A stretch of 64,000 bases of DNA. It comes from Amphiscolops sp. MND2022 (lineage: Eukaryota). Positions within the stretch are counted from its first letter, which is position 1. Every line of letters starts with the position of its first letter. The stretch spans positions 65,226,001-65,290,000 of the forward strand of contig OZ076409.1 in assembly GCA_964187785.1 (NCBI GenBank), in the 5' to 3' direction. The notes beneath the pieces are model-generated. The model did not search any database, was not told where the DNA came from, and was given only the letters and a program-made list of their open reading frames with translations. Made by a program: the position numbers and the translations under genes. This document shows positions 37,901-48,246 of this stretch, piece after piece.

Positions 37901-38939
37901 TAGGAAACTGGAATCCGAATGTTTGTTCTGCCGCCGTAGAAGAGCAAAATGTCTCCAACCCCTGATGGCCGATCTACCGACTGAACGCCTGGCATACAAG
38001 AAGCCCGCATTTACCAACACAGGTCTCGACTGTTTTGGACCTCTACATGTGACCGTCCGACGAACAACTGAAAAAAGGTGGATAATAATATTTACCTGCC
38101 TAACAACCAGAGCAATCCACCTAGAAGTTCTCCATAGTCTGAACACCAGCTCATGCATGATGGCAATTGACAGATTCGTGGCCCGTCGAGGTCGACTTGA
38201 TACTTTCTGGTCAGACAATGGAACCAATTTTGTCAGTGCCAGCAAAGAAGTCAACACCATAGAAACGCCAGCCCTTCAAGAAAAATGTGCCCAACGCCGT
38301 ATAAAGTGGAAATTCAATACTCCATCAGCACCCAATCAAGGAGGAGCTTGGGAAAGCCTAATCAAGTCATGCAAGAGGATACTTTTCACCGTTCTCGGAT
38401 CAAGCAAAGTGAAAGAAGAAGTTCTCATCACCTCAATTTGCCTAGTAGAGCAAGCAATGAATTCCAGACCTCTCGTTCCTGCAAGCTCTGATCCAACAGA
38501 TCTGAATGCCTTGTCTCCCAATAATTTCCTCAATTGTGGAGAAGTACTTCAGCCCGCAGTTTTTGCCCGAGATCCACATCACGCACACCATCGCCGAGTT
38601 TACCAGCAAGCTCAACATTATGCAGACGCCATATGGACACGTTTGCTCAAAGAATACGTGCCAACTCTAAATCTTCGACACAAATGGACAGAGACTACTG
38701 AGCCCTTAGCAAAAGGAGAACTAGTGTGGCTTGTGGAGAGTCACTCACCACGCGGAAACTACCATTTGGCCCGAGTGTGCGAGCTTCACTATGACAGCAA
38801 GGGAGTTGCAAGATCTGCTAAAATTATTACCAAGGAGGCAGTTTTGATGCGCCCTGTCAATAAATTGGTCAGATTGTGGAACGTCAGCAGCGCTACCCCC
38901 GAGGATGTTGAAAGTGACTTCCAAATTCCGCATGAATGA
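31906..38939 (+). pseudogene. gag-pol: BEL/Pao gag-pol polyprotein (Gag with three Cys/His knuckles, protease, RT, RNase H, integrase) with one stop and one frameshift
   Basis: FDGNPLDW, CPMC/CFSC/CPKQGC knuckles, LDSGS, YMDD, HVFGDAS, TIPKLEL, WSDNGTNF, GGAWE. In-frame TAA at 33685-33687 and a -1 shift at the A-run near 36363-36370. Confidence 0.93.
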
Positions 38940-39203
38940 AAACTCATGAATGAAAAACTAGTGACTTGAGACTTGAAACTGCTGAACAAATGTCTTGAAA
39001 CTGTTGAAAACTTTCTGATATCTCTAAAATTTGATGAAATTCTTTCGTTACTCCGATTTTCATCTCACAGCACAGCAAACTGACCCAGATTTCTGAGACG
39101 GGTCAAAATTCGTTGTTTTTAAATTTTCTTTGTCCCCCTCAGAAATCTGGGCCAAATCGGTAACCGGCCGTCAACTGAAACCAACGAAACAGCATTTTTT
39201 CCA
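38906..39203 (+). repeat. BEL/Pao 3' LTR
   Basis: Direct repeat of 31424-31721. Confidence 0.95.
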
Positions 39204-40107
39204 CTGTCAGTCTCTGGATGTTCGTTTTCTTGAATGGACTGTTCTGGTATTTGGAGTGATTTTTGTCTGCAGACCAAATGTCTTCTTCGACACTTTTTGC
39301 TCCTGGTTTTTTATAGATATCTTCAAATTTTCAGTCGGTTTTCAGTTTTGACCGGCATAGCTTTGCGTATTATCCAATTTTGCCACATATTGAACACTTT
39401 TTCCTGTTTTTTTTGCCCGAGAGTCATAGTGCTTGTTCCACTTTGGAGCACCGCATCTTTTCTTTTCTAAATTCACTTTGTTTCTCCTTTTTGGATCTTC
39501 ATCTATCCACATGTTTTAATATTGCTTCTTCATTGGGGTGTTTATTCCGTTCTGGAATAAATGTCTGCATACCGCTTGAAGTCGGTGTTGTAGTAGTGAA
39601 TTTGGTTGCCTATCTATTACCGCCCTTGTCATTTCGTGATAGCGGTTTGTCCGATGGCCGATATGAATGCATCTTTCATGTTTTTCGTCTAGCTTTTTCG
39701 TTTTTATCGGAAAGATGTTTTCATCGATAAACGGTATTCAAAAGTTCACTTTGAAAAGATACAAAAGTTCGACACTAGTTAGATGCGGACTTCTGCCATG
39801 GGGTGACTATTTGGGTAGAAAACGTTTTTGAAAAAAAGGCGTACTATGTCAAAAAACCTAGAGGAGGACTTTTCTGGCAAAACAAATAATTTAAAGGCAG
39901 AGAACATATAAACAATGACGACGAGACCTTCCAGTGAAATGATTGCTTTTCCAGAAACAAGTTGCACAGCCCAAAAATTCCCCAAATGCGCACCCTAACT
40001 GTGCGAAAAATGCTATTTCCTCAGGGAAAACTCGTTTAAAAACTAAAAGGACAAACTTGGGACACCCTATGATGAAATAAGTCGCACAGTTCCAAATGAA
40101 ACCTCAT

Positions 40108-40671
40108 GTCATATCTAAGGTTCAAAAATATTCAAGGAACCATTGTGAAATTTTTCAATTGTCACACAATGCGGACAAATACCCAAAAGGGTTTTCTTCT
40201 AAAAAAAAGTTTTTTTAACTGGAAACATCAGAAAAAACTCATTTGCCTTTGGAATTTTTTTTTCAAAAAATTGATAGAAAAGTCGCATATTGCCGAAAAA
40301 CCCAAAGAGGGACCCTTTAGGCTCATAAAACGGTTTTTACAAACCGAAAATTTCAAAAAAATCAAAGGGACAGAATTCAAAAATTCATCCTTTGATAGAA
40401 TTCGAAAATCTTCAGAAAAAAGTTGCATAATGCCGAAAAAATCCAAAGGGGGACCCTTTGGTCTCCACTCTACATTTGGAAGCATTAAAAAATTTTGTGG
40501 TTTACTGCGAAACTCGAACCCACGCTCTCCTGCTTCTCAGACTCCAGAAAATTAGTCGGCCAAGAAGTTGAACTAATGAACAAAAAAGTGGAGCGATCGC
40601 GTAAGCGAACTTACGAAAAAAAACTAGCCACTGTAAGGGTCGTGCATTTTCTTGAAAACGCCCACTAAAAA
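40108..40671 (-). repeat. Partial HINE-like repeat
   Basis: CATATCTAAGG.TCAAAAA start, internal GCCGAAAAA..CCAAAG.GGGACCCTTT units, and a CTAGCCACTGTAAG...ACTAAAAA end shared with 43021-43073. Confidence 0.6.
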
Positions 40672-41077
40672 CAAAACGTATCGTATCGTTGTAATCGAGA
40701 TTAGAAATCTAGACATTTGACTTCAGTGATGTTTTTGCCAAATTTATATCCAAAAATTTATTCCAGTTCGAAACTTTCAATGAGTGAAATCAATGGTTTT
40801 TAACTGCTTGATACTTTTAGTGTTTTTTCATCAAATTTCTCAAAGACTGGCATATACAAGATTCTCAACTCTAACACTTTCAATGATGTTAAATAAACTC
40901 TAGTTTTTGACTAAATTACGCAAAAAACCAATGTGGCATTACACTAAAATAGTTTAAGCTTGAACAGAAATTGAACAAAGTGTGTGAAAAACCGACCTGC
41001 ATTGACAACAGATGCAAAAATTACCTGCAGTATACAGCATCTCTAGGTTAGATAACCAATTGATGATTTTAACTTAC

Positions 41078-41248
41078 CTGAGATCTTATAATGGAAGTTG
41101 TATGTTCCACTTTTTTTGACAGGGGCAGGTTTCGGCTGAAGACAACTGCCCCCAAAGTTCCCGATGTCAAAGTTTCACTGGCATGATTAGAAGTAGTTGA
41201 AACAAGAGGAGTTCGTTCGTTTAAGGATTCGGAGACTGTGCGCTTCAT
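41078..41248 (-). CDS. Candidate first coding exon (57 aa), possibly of the SLC6 gene
   Basis: ATG-initiated frame MKRTVSESLNERTPLV... ending at a consensus donor CAG|GTAAGT in phase 0, the same phase as the acceptor at 12411. Confidence 0.45.
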
Positions 41249-42217
41249 TGTAATTCCCAAAGAAGGAAAATCCGCTCATGTGGTTCTAATTTGAAGCAAT
41301 AAAAATTTAAGGTTAGCGAACCAACTGTCTCCTGAAAGGTCACCAGAACGAATGAAAAGGGTTTGAGGTGAGGTTTTCTCAGTCATATTTTAGTTTGAGA
41401 GCTCGCAAAATTTTGTTTTACAAGCGTGCTCAAATCGTTTACTCAAACAGTTCAGTGGGTTCATTATTACGTAATACTAATATTTGAGAAAGAAACTAGT
41501 CAAGGATGGCAAATTCCAATTTAAAATTTTTTGGAAAATCTTTGTTCGTTTGCAATTCTCTTGTCTAAATTTCGATTTCAAGTAATTTTAGAAGGCATAT
41601 AAATAGACAGGTTTCTGTTCTATGATACAATTTTAGCTCGACCACATGGCTGCAATGAGGAGATAGTATTCAAAAGGGTGATAATTCGGGAAAGCGGAAC
41701 TGCTTATTCGACGCTAACCCCGAGAAATTTGTTAAATAGGTTTTTTCCTTTCTTTTTCTCTTTTTGTAATGACCAAATAAATGTATCATTTTGTGAAGCC
41801 GGATGCTTAAGGGTTCTACGTACCAAGAGGAATCTATTTCTCGATATGAACAAGCGATTGAACAAAGTTGGGAGAGTTGAGTTGTTCTTAACTGAAAATA
41901 TTTCATAACAGTTGTTTGAAACAGACAAGTGATGTCATGCTTAGACTTCTGAAACAAGCCATGTTCAACAAACTGCATCAAACCCTGTAAAAGCTGCAAA
42001 TATATTTCAAATGCGTGTCAGTGACTGAGTTTTTTAACCTTATGTGATTGCAAATCTTTCCTTCTTTCAAAATATTCAAATAGAGTACCTTAAGTATTCG
42101 CGTCTCAATGGTCAACTATTTGACTTATGCATTGATTTCTTTTCCGAAATGTTCAGGACTAAAGAACTTATTGTGTCACCAGAATCTAACTAACCATCTC
42201 AGTTCAATAAGACGATC

Positions 42218-43073
42218 AACAAGCCGGGAACGGCCCAAGTCGGCGCCATATCTAAGGCTCAAAAAGACTCGAAAACCACTTGTTCTACAACTGGAGACAA
42301 CAAAAGCTCTCAAAAAACTAAAAATTGAGAAAAAAATTTCCGAATTTTTTTTGAATTTTTTTTCGAAGTTTCCGGTAAGTCGCATAGTGCCGAAAAATGT
42401 AAAAGGGGGGACGCTTTTTATCTCATGTTTGACGCTTTGAATGCGTTGAAAATGAAGTACTAAGTACATATGGTAACAAGACGGGAACGTCTCAAGTCGG
42501 CGCTATATCTAAGGCTCAAAAAGCGCAAAACATTTTTTTTGAAAACTTGAAATTTTCGAAAAAATTTTTTTCGGAAAATGTCGCACAGTGCCGAAAAATG
42601 TAAAAGGGGGGACCCTTTTTGATTTATAAACACGCATTCTGTAGCAAAATAACAAAAAACTCAAAGGGGGGACCCTTTGGGGACATTAAAAAAATTTCGA
42701 AAAAAGTCTCACAGCGCCGAAAAAAAATCGAAAGGGGGGGGGGGGTGGGTTACTTTAGTCCCGTCCGGGCTTGTATGTAACGTTTAAAAAGTAAATGAAT
42801 GCGCTCCCCGTTTGCCTTTAGCGGTCCAGTAGTTTAGTACTTATTTAGTAGTTGAACGTTAATTTTAACGTTCGTCGCTTCGAGTCTGTCTTAAATAAAA
42901 AAAACGAGTGACTGTAATAGTCGGGCTCTTTTCTCAAGAAAAGCGCCGTCTAAAAATTGGGAAATGTGCATTAATTGCCTTAATGCACAAAAAGTGGACG
43001 TTCGCGTTGAACTGACGAAAAAAAACTAGCCACTGTAAGAGTCGGGGTTTTCTTCGAAAACGCCGACTAAAAA
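42218..43073 (-). mobile_element. Two nested HINE-like repeats (outer 42218-43073, inner 42475-42956)
   Basis: Two AACAAG.CGGGAACG..CAAGTCGGCGC termini followed by two ...CGCCG(A/T)CTAAAAA termini. Confidence 0.65.
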
Positions 43074-45176
43074 TATGGATTTTTAGAGTTTGTTATTCAC
43101 TGAAATTAGTATAAAGGAAAAATATAAAGAATGTGAAAACTTCATGAAAGAAATCTACGAGCAGACATCAAAAAATCGATTCAAGTCGATTCTTGTTGCA
43201 TCAATGAATAGCGAAAAATGCTTGTCAGGTGAAATGGATTCTCAAAACTGTACATGGTTCACAATATGGCGGAAATGATGACCTAAACATTCAAATGACC
43301 CTCATGCGACTCCCTCATTATATATATATAAAATGTTAATTGTGTTCCACGAACAGATTAGGGTGTGTATGCTTGCAACATGTTTTCTTCTAAGTTTGAC
43401 CCAGAACAAGAAGCGCAGTGACACTGCGATATTTTTCGTTAACTGTGACAACCGAAAACTTTCAGGGTGGATGTAGAATCATTATATTTCGCGGGTCGAG
43501 TGGCCCAAGTATGTAACTCTAACAGAAAAGGTTCTTGCTTGGTGGATCAGGTTTTGCTGAAGTGACTAGCTTAGCTAGTTTTCTCTCCAATATTCTCTTT
43601 GGCATCACCTGAGTGATCAAAAAAAGAGATTGAATAATATTATTACGACCATAAGCGACAAGGAACTAATTCTTTGTAATCATCAATCAAGTATTAATAA
43701 ATTGCCTAAGATCGGTAATGGTGATTCAGCCAACTATGCCACAGTTCCTTAAATCAGTTTCAGACACTGAATCGGTTCTATCACATTTCCCGAACTGATT
43801 CTTCTATCTCTCAAGTTTAGCTCGCGGAGCTACAGCCAACACAATCGTCTAGAGAAGTATCTTGTCTCTTCGAGGTTCAACTAGTTTTCTGCCCGACTGT
43901 TCGGTTGTGTCTACCTAAGTGTTTTCTAATTCCGCCTCATTTTGTTGATTCATCGCGCATGTCTCGGGTGGTTTCATCATGACATTCTATCATACTTGAA
44001 AATTGCTCTACATATGGGGCGTCGAAATCTTGAGTTTGCATGCTTCTACCTTGATGTCAACATCTACGCCAACGACAAATATTTCAACATCTTGTCTGAA
44101 GTTCACATTCCACAATAATGCAAGTCGCCAAAGATATTTGGAGGGTCGAGGGAGTTGCTTAATGACCTTCAAATTCGATGTGCACATGTTCTCTACAAGT
44201 GGGAGTTACGTTTTCGTCATTATGGGTGCGGTTCACCGCGAATCTTCTCGCCTGGCTGAAATGCATAAATTATCACGCAAATACACTGATTTGCAAGGTC
44301 TAAGATACGTTTTTCTATGTAACCAGGGGTCACCAGTCCTTGACCTTGAAGTTCTTTGTATTCATCCAAAGTTCCTACATGCCAAGTTAAACGGTCCCAG
44401 GGTCAATGGTTCCCGAGTTACATGATGTGCGTATCATTTGTTTACTCATGGCGGTTACCCCTGGATTGGTCCGCACGATCGGTCCCGTGTGCGTTAAAGA
44501 AACAATACTCCGCGCGCCATGTGTCGATTAAGGTATCTCCTTATCGCACAAAAGAAAATCTTCGCTCGGAGAGATCAATTTTGATCAAGCCGAATCAAAC
44601 AATTTCATCGGTCATGTCAATTCTACTTCGCTCAAACGAGTGGTAAACGCCAAAATCTGAAATTTTCACAGTGGACCTTTAAAGTTAGAGAGAAGATTCT
44701 CGCTTGAATATTCTTCACAAAAACCCGATTTTGTGATAATTTCCAGTTTTTTTAAACAAATAACAAAGGTGATTTACGCATAGGCCTTAAAAAGCGGTTA
44801 TAAACAGGAAATATCAAAAAGCAGTAGGAAACCTCTATTGAACGTTTTTTTAACCTAAACAAGAGAGAAGAATAGAACATGCAAAATAGACGGGACAAGA
44901 AACAACAGAAAAAAGACACAATCAGCGCAATTGAAACTTTACAAAGTTGAAAATCAACGGCAAATTTGGTGGTCTAAGGCTCTCCTGCTACAATAGTACC
45001 AGCAGATTTCGAGTTATTTGAAAAGAACGATATACAAAAAATGGAAAATTGATTAAATGTGAACAAAAACGTCAAATTGATCAGAAAGATTCCCGTACGT
45101 TTCAGAGACAACCAGATATTCTAGTAACGACGAGAAAAGAATAAACCACTTACGGGAATATACTGTCTTAAAGCAT

Positions 45177-47122
45177 TGTCGCAGGCTGCCGCCTGTGACG
45201 GCACTATGATTACGACAACAAGCAACGACCAAGAAGTCATACCCGGAACGCTGCCGACCTTTTAAGAATAAAACTGCTAAAACTTTGGAAACTGTTTACA
45301 TTATGTATTTTTGTTTGTATTTATTTTATTTGGTTTTTTATATTGGATGTTCAAACTAGTCTGTTAATGTTACGATTTGGGATTAGCCAAATCGGTTCGT
45401 TGATGCAGTAGCTGAATTAAATTGCAAAATTGTATTGATGCTGTAGCAAACAATAAGAGAGCAAGTTAATCGCGAGAAGGAAACGTGTTCAAGTGCGGAA
45501 ACGTCCCTTCTCGGCGATATAGCTCACCACAGTTGTGCTAGCCAATCACGTGCTGTAATTCTTGCTGTGCTATTATTGTATTTGTTAATTGGCCGGTTAG
45601 GGCCGTCTGACGAAATTCCGCTCTCGCTGCTCACTACTTTGGTCAAACGGCCGGTTCCGGCCACAAAGCAATAGTGAAGAGGGATTAACTTAGTACATCG
45701 TTGCTTTAATAATAATAATACAATTGTCCTTTCATGTAGTTTAAATGTTCATTGTTGATAATGTAAAGCATTGTTTAGTATTTGGCCGAGTAAGGCCCAT
45801 TGAACTAATATATATGGTTTCAATTGGTACTCTGGTCAAATGGTCAATTATGGCCACTTCATGCATATTTGTGTTTTATTGTTCAGTTAACCGAGTATTA
45901 ACCCAGAACCAGCATTAATTCATCCCTGAAACATGTAAAGGTGCTTACGATACTATATTATCTGTGTGATCCTAGTATACGTAAAAATAGACGGACAAGG
46001 CTATATTCCTTCACTCCACTATTGTGCTGTATGTACTCACGGAATTAAGCCCATTTCGGCTTCAGCATGAAATGTATTTTTATGAATGGGAATTCGTACA
46101 GTAGTCTTTGTGTACGATTATACATTCCATTCTCAGTGTAGTATATGATAAATCTTGTGTCGACACGTGCCTCCACTTCACTTTACGTGAGTTATGCAAA
46201 CAAAGGTATTTGTTGACACTTTGATGTACATGCCTTAATCGGCAACTCGTTTGAAGCTATCTTTTGACTATATGACCCATAAATGCCATTCCTTAGATGT
46301 CCCCGAAGGTATGTGAATATCAGGGTTTTCATCATGGAACCAATGGTCATATGATGCTATCAACCTAACTAGTTATGTATGGAATGTGACTGTCATTCCC
46401 TGAAGGGTATAAATACTGTCATCCCGTTGGGGAAATCATTAAATCATTTCGTTCTACTCTAGTTAAGTTTAATCCACAAACGGCACCGCTGTTATTTCCG
46501 TGTTGATTAATTTATTATTGATTCGGAACTGTTTCAATGCCAACCACTAGAAAACAAAAGAAAGCTAGAAAGTCTAGAGGACTTGAGATGTTATCAGATA
46601 TTGAAAATCTGGATATTATGTTAGGTGAAAACCACTTTGATAGAGGTGAGAGAAATGAAAGTGTGAATAGTAATCAAGCCGGTAGACCAGAAAGCCTATT
46701 TGGAGACGAACTTGAAAATGAGAATGAGTTCCCGAACTCAAGAAATAATGGACCAAGTCCAAATACTGAATTAGGCCATAATTCAATCAGAGAATGTTCA
46801 AGCGTTGAGATCAATAGATTGTCGAGTGAGTTAAATTCACGTATATCTCGAGAGATGGATGAAATGATGAACAGTGTCAGTGTTCAGATTCAAAGAGCCA
46901 TAAATGAGGCAATTAGCAGCCAAATTTTGCCTCAAATCCAAAATGTAGTTATGGCCGGATCGGGACAATTGACCAAAGGGGGATGGAACGTTCCGGCTGA
47001 GAGACCGGAAGGACATTCTGAAGTACTGCAAAACTTAGAACCTAAAAATAATTCTAAGAACAAACAGGCCAATGACCGTCCCAAAGACGGAGGCACAAGC
47101 ACAAACTCTCGTGCTTACGACA
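45177..47122 (+). repeat. 5' LTR (1946 bp)
   Basis: Direct repeat of 59698-61643; two substitutions found by eye. Confidence 0.95.
46408..46415 (+). promoter_or_regulatory. Candidate TATA box of the LTR promoter
   Basis: TATAAATA about 125 bp upstream of the gag ATG. Confidence 0.5.
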
Positions 47123-48240
47123 TGGTGACAGGAGAAAACGAATCTCCAATCGAAGTTCCTGAGTTTCTCACGGGACGAATCTCATCCAGAAACCATCTCG
47201 ACAGATCCTATGAGGACATTAACCTTGACACGACGATCCCAGCGCAAGAGAGAAATGCCCCGGCTACGCCAACTGACCCTATCACGCGACTAGCAGATGT
47301 CTTGACAACGATGCAGAATAGGCCGACAGCCCAACAACTCACTATACGCCCAGTCAATTCAAACACAATGACCTTTGATGGCAAGAGTGAAAAATTCGAG
47401 CTGTTCGAGGACCTGTTCCACACGATGATCAAGATGCAACCGGAAATGACGGAGCAGATGAAAATAAATCACTTCCACTCATTGCTGAGGAAGAATGCTC
47501 TCCAAACCTTCCGGAACATCAGCTCGAGCAATAGACAGACTTTAGAGGACGTATTGGTAATATTCAGACGAAAATACGTCAAACCAGAATCACAAGCAAC
47601 TGCCAAACATAAATGGCACCGTCTAGTTTTCGATCCTAACACGATGAAACTGCCAGATTTCCTTGAAGAATTAAATCAAGGGGCAGAAAAAGCATTCGGA
47701 GATCATGCACAGAAAATGATTGACAGTTTGCTTTACGCAAAACTGCCACCAAAACTGAAGCGGTCCGTAAACATGGCCAGACTCGAAAACGGCTCTTATG
47801 ACGAAATAGTTGCTCATTTAGAGAGAGAATTAGAACTAAATGCTCTTGAGGAATCAGACGACCTACCAATGGCCACAATGACCTCCTCGACAACAAAATC
47901 CAAAACTCCCCTAACTACTGGGCAAATGTCGGACATCACTTGCAACTACTGCAAGGAAAAGGGCCATATGGTCAAAGACTGCGAAAAATTGAAGAAGAAA
48001 AAGGAAAAAGATGCCCAGCAAGGCAAGCAGACTCAGAAAAAGACATATCCGGAGTGTGGCACTTGTGGCAAAAAGAACCACCCGGAAGAAAGATGCTGGC
48101 AAGGTGCTGGTGCGCATCTCAAACCCAAACGTACCAGACAAGATGACGCTAATGACGGTAACCCCAATTCAAAGGCGCAAAAACCACAAAACAAACCAAC
48201 ATCTTCCAACTCACAGACCTCATCTTCCAAGGATGAGTAA
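46537..48240 (+). CDS. gag: Gag (567 aa) with two CCHC knuckles; starts inside the 5' LTR
   Basis: TFDGKSEKFELFEDLF capsid-like motif, CNYCKEKGHMVKDC and CGTCGKKNHPEERC. Confidence 0.92.
   Translation: MPTTRKQKKARKSRGLEMLSDIENLDIMLGENHFDRGERNESVNSNQAGRPESLFGDELENENEFPNSRNNGPSPNTELGHNSIRECSSVEINRLSSELNSRISREMDEMMNSVSVQIQRAINEAISSQILPQIQNVVMAGSGQLTKGGWNVPAERPEGHSEVLQNLEPKNNSKNKQANDRPKDGGTSTNSRAYDMVTGENESPIEVPEFLTGRISSRNHLDRSYEDINLDTTIPAQERNAPATPTDPITRLADVLTTMQNRPTAQQLTIRPVNSNTMTFDGKSEKFELFEDLFHTMIKMQPEMTEQMKINHFHSLLRKNALQTFRNISSSNRQTLEDVLVIFRRKYVKPESQATAKHKWHRLVFDPNTMKLPDFLEELNQGAEKAFGDHAQKMIDSLLYAKLPPKLKRSVNMARLENGSYDEIVAHLERELELNALEESDDLPMATMTSSTTKSKTPLTTGQMSDITCNYCKEKGHMVKDCEKLKKKKEKDAQQGKQTQKKTYPECGTCGKKNHPEERCWQGAGAHLKPKRTRQDDANDGNPNSKAQKPQNKPTSSNSQTSSSKDE
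47123..47134 (+). promoter_or_regulatory. Primer-binding site, tRNA-Leu-like, within gag coding sequence
   Basis: TGGTGACAGGAG immediately after the LTR; 11/12 match to TGGTGTCAGGAG, the complement of a metazoan tRNA-Leu 3' end as I recall it. Confidence 0.6.
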
Positions 48241-48246
48241 AAAAAC
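48240..48246 (+). promoter_or_regulatory. -1 ribosomal frameshift heptamer A AAA AAC at the gag-pol junction
   Basis: Correctly phased in the gag frame; the -1 frame is open from here into the protease ORF. Confidence 0.7.

Larger units (their letters stand above)
31424..39203 (+). mobile_element. Full-length BEL/Pao LTR retrotransposon (7780 bp), recent insertion
   Basis: Two 298-bp TG...CA LTRs with one difference seen, CTGTC TSD (31419-31423, 39204-39208), a PBS and a complete domain set. Confidence 0.97.

Noticed and set aside
40106..43073. Lys/Phe-rich ORFs (40106-40555, 42108-42440)
   Set aside because: Chance frames across A/T-run-rich HINE-like repeats.
43300..45170. Possible decayed coding or transposon sequence (also 6050-7050, 8780-9200 and 61650-64000)
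   Set aside because: The composition hints at old element remnants, but I could not recover a diagnostic motif, so no call is made.
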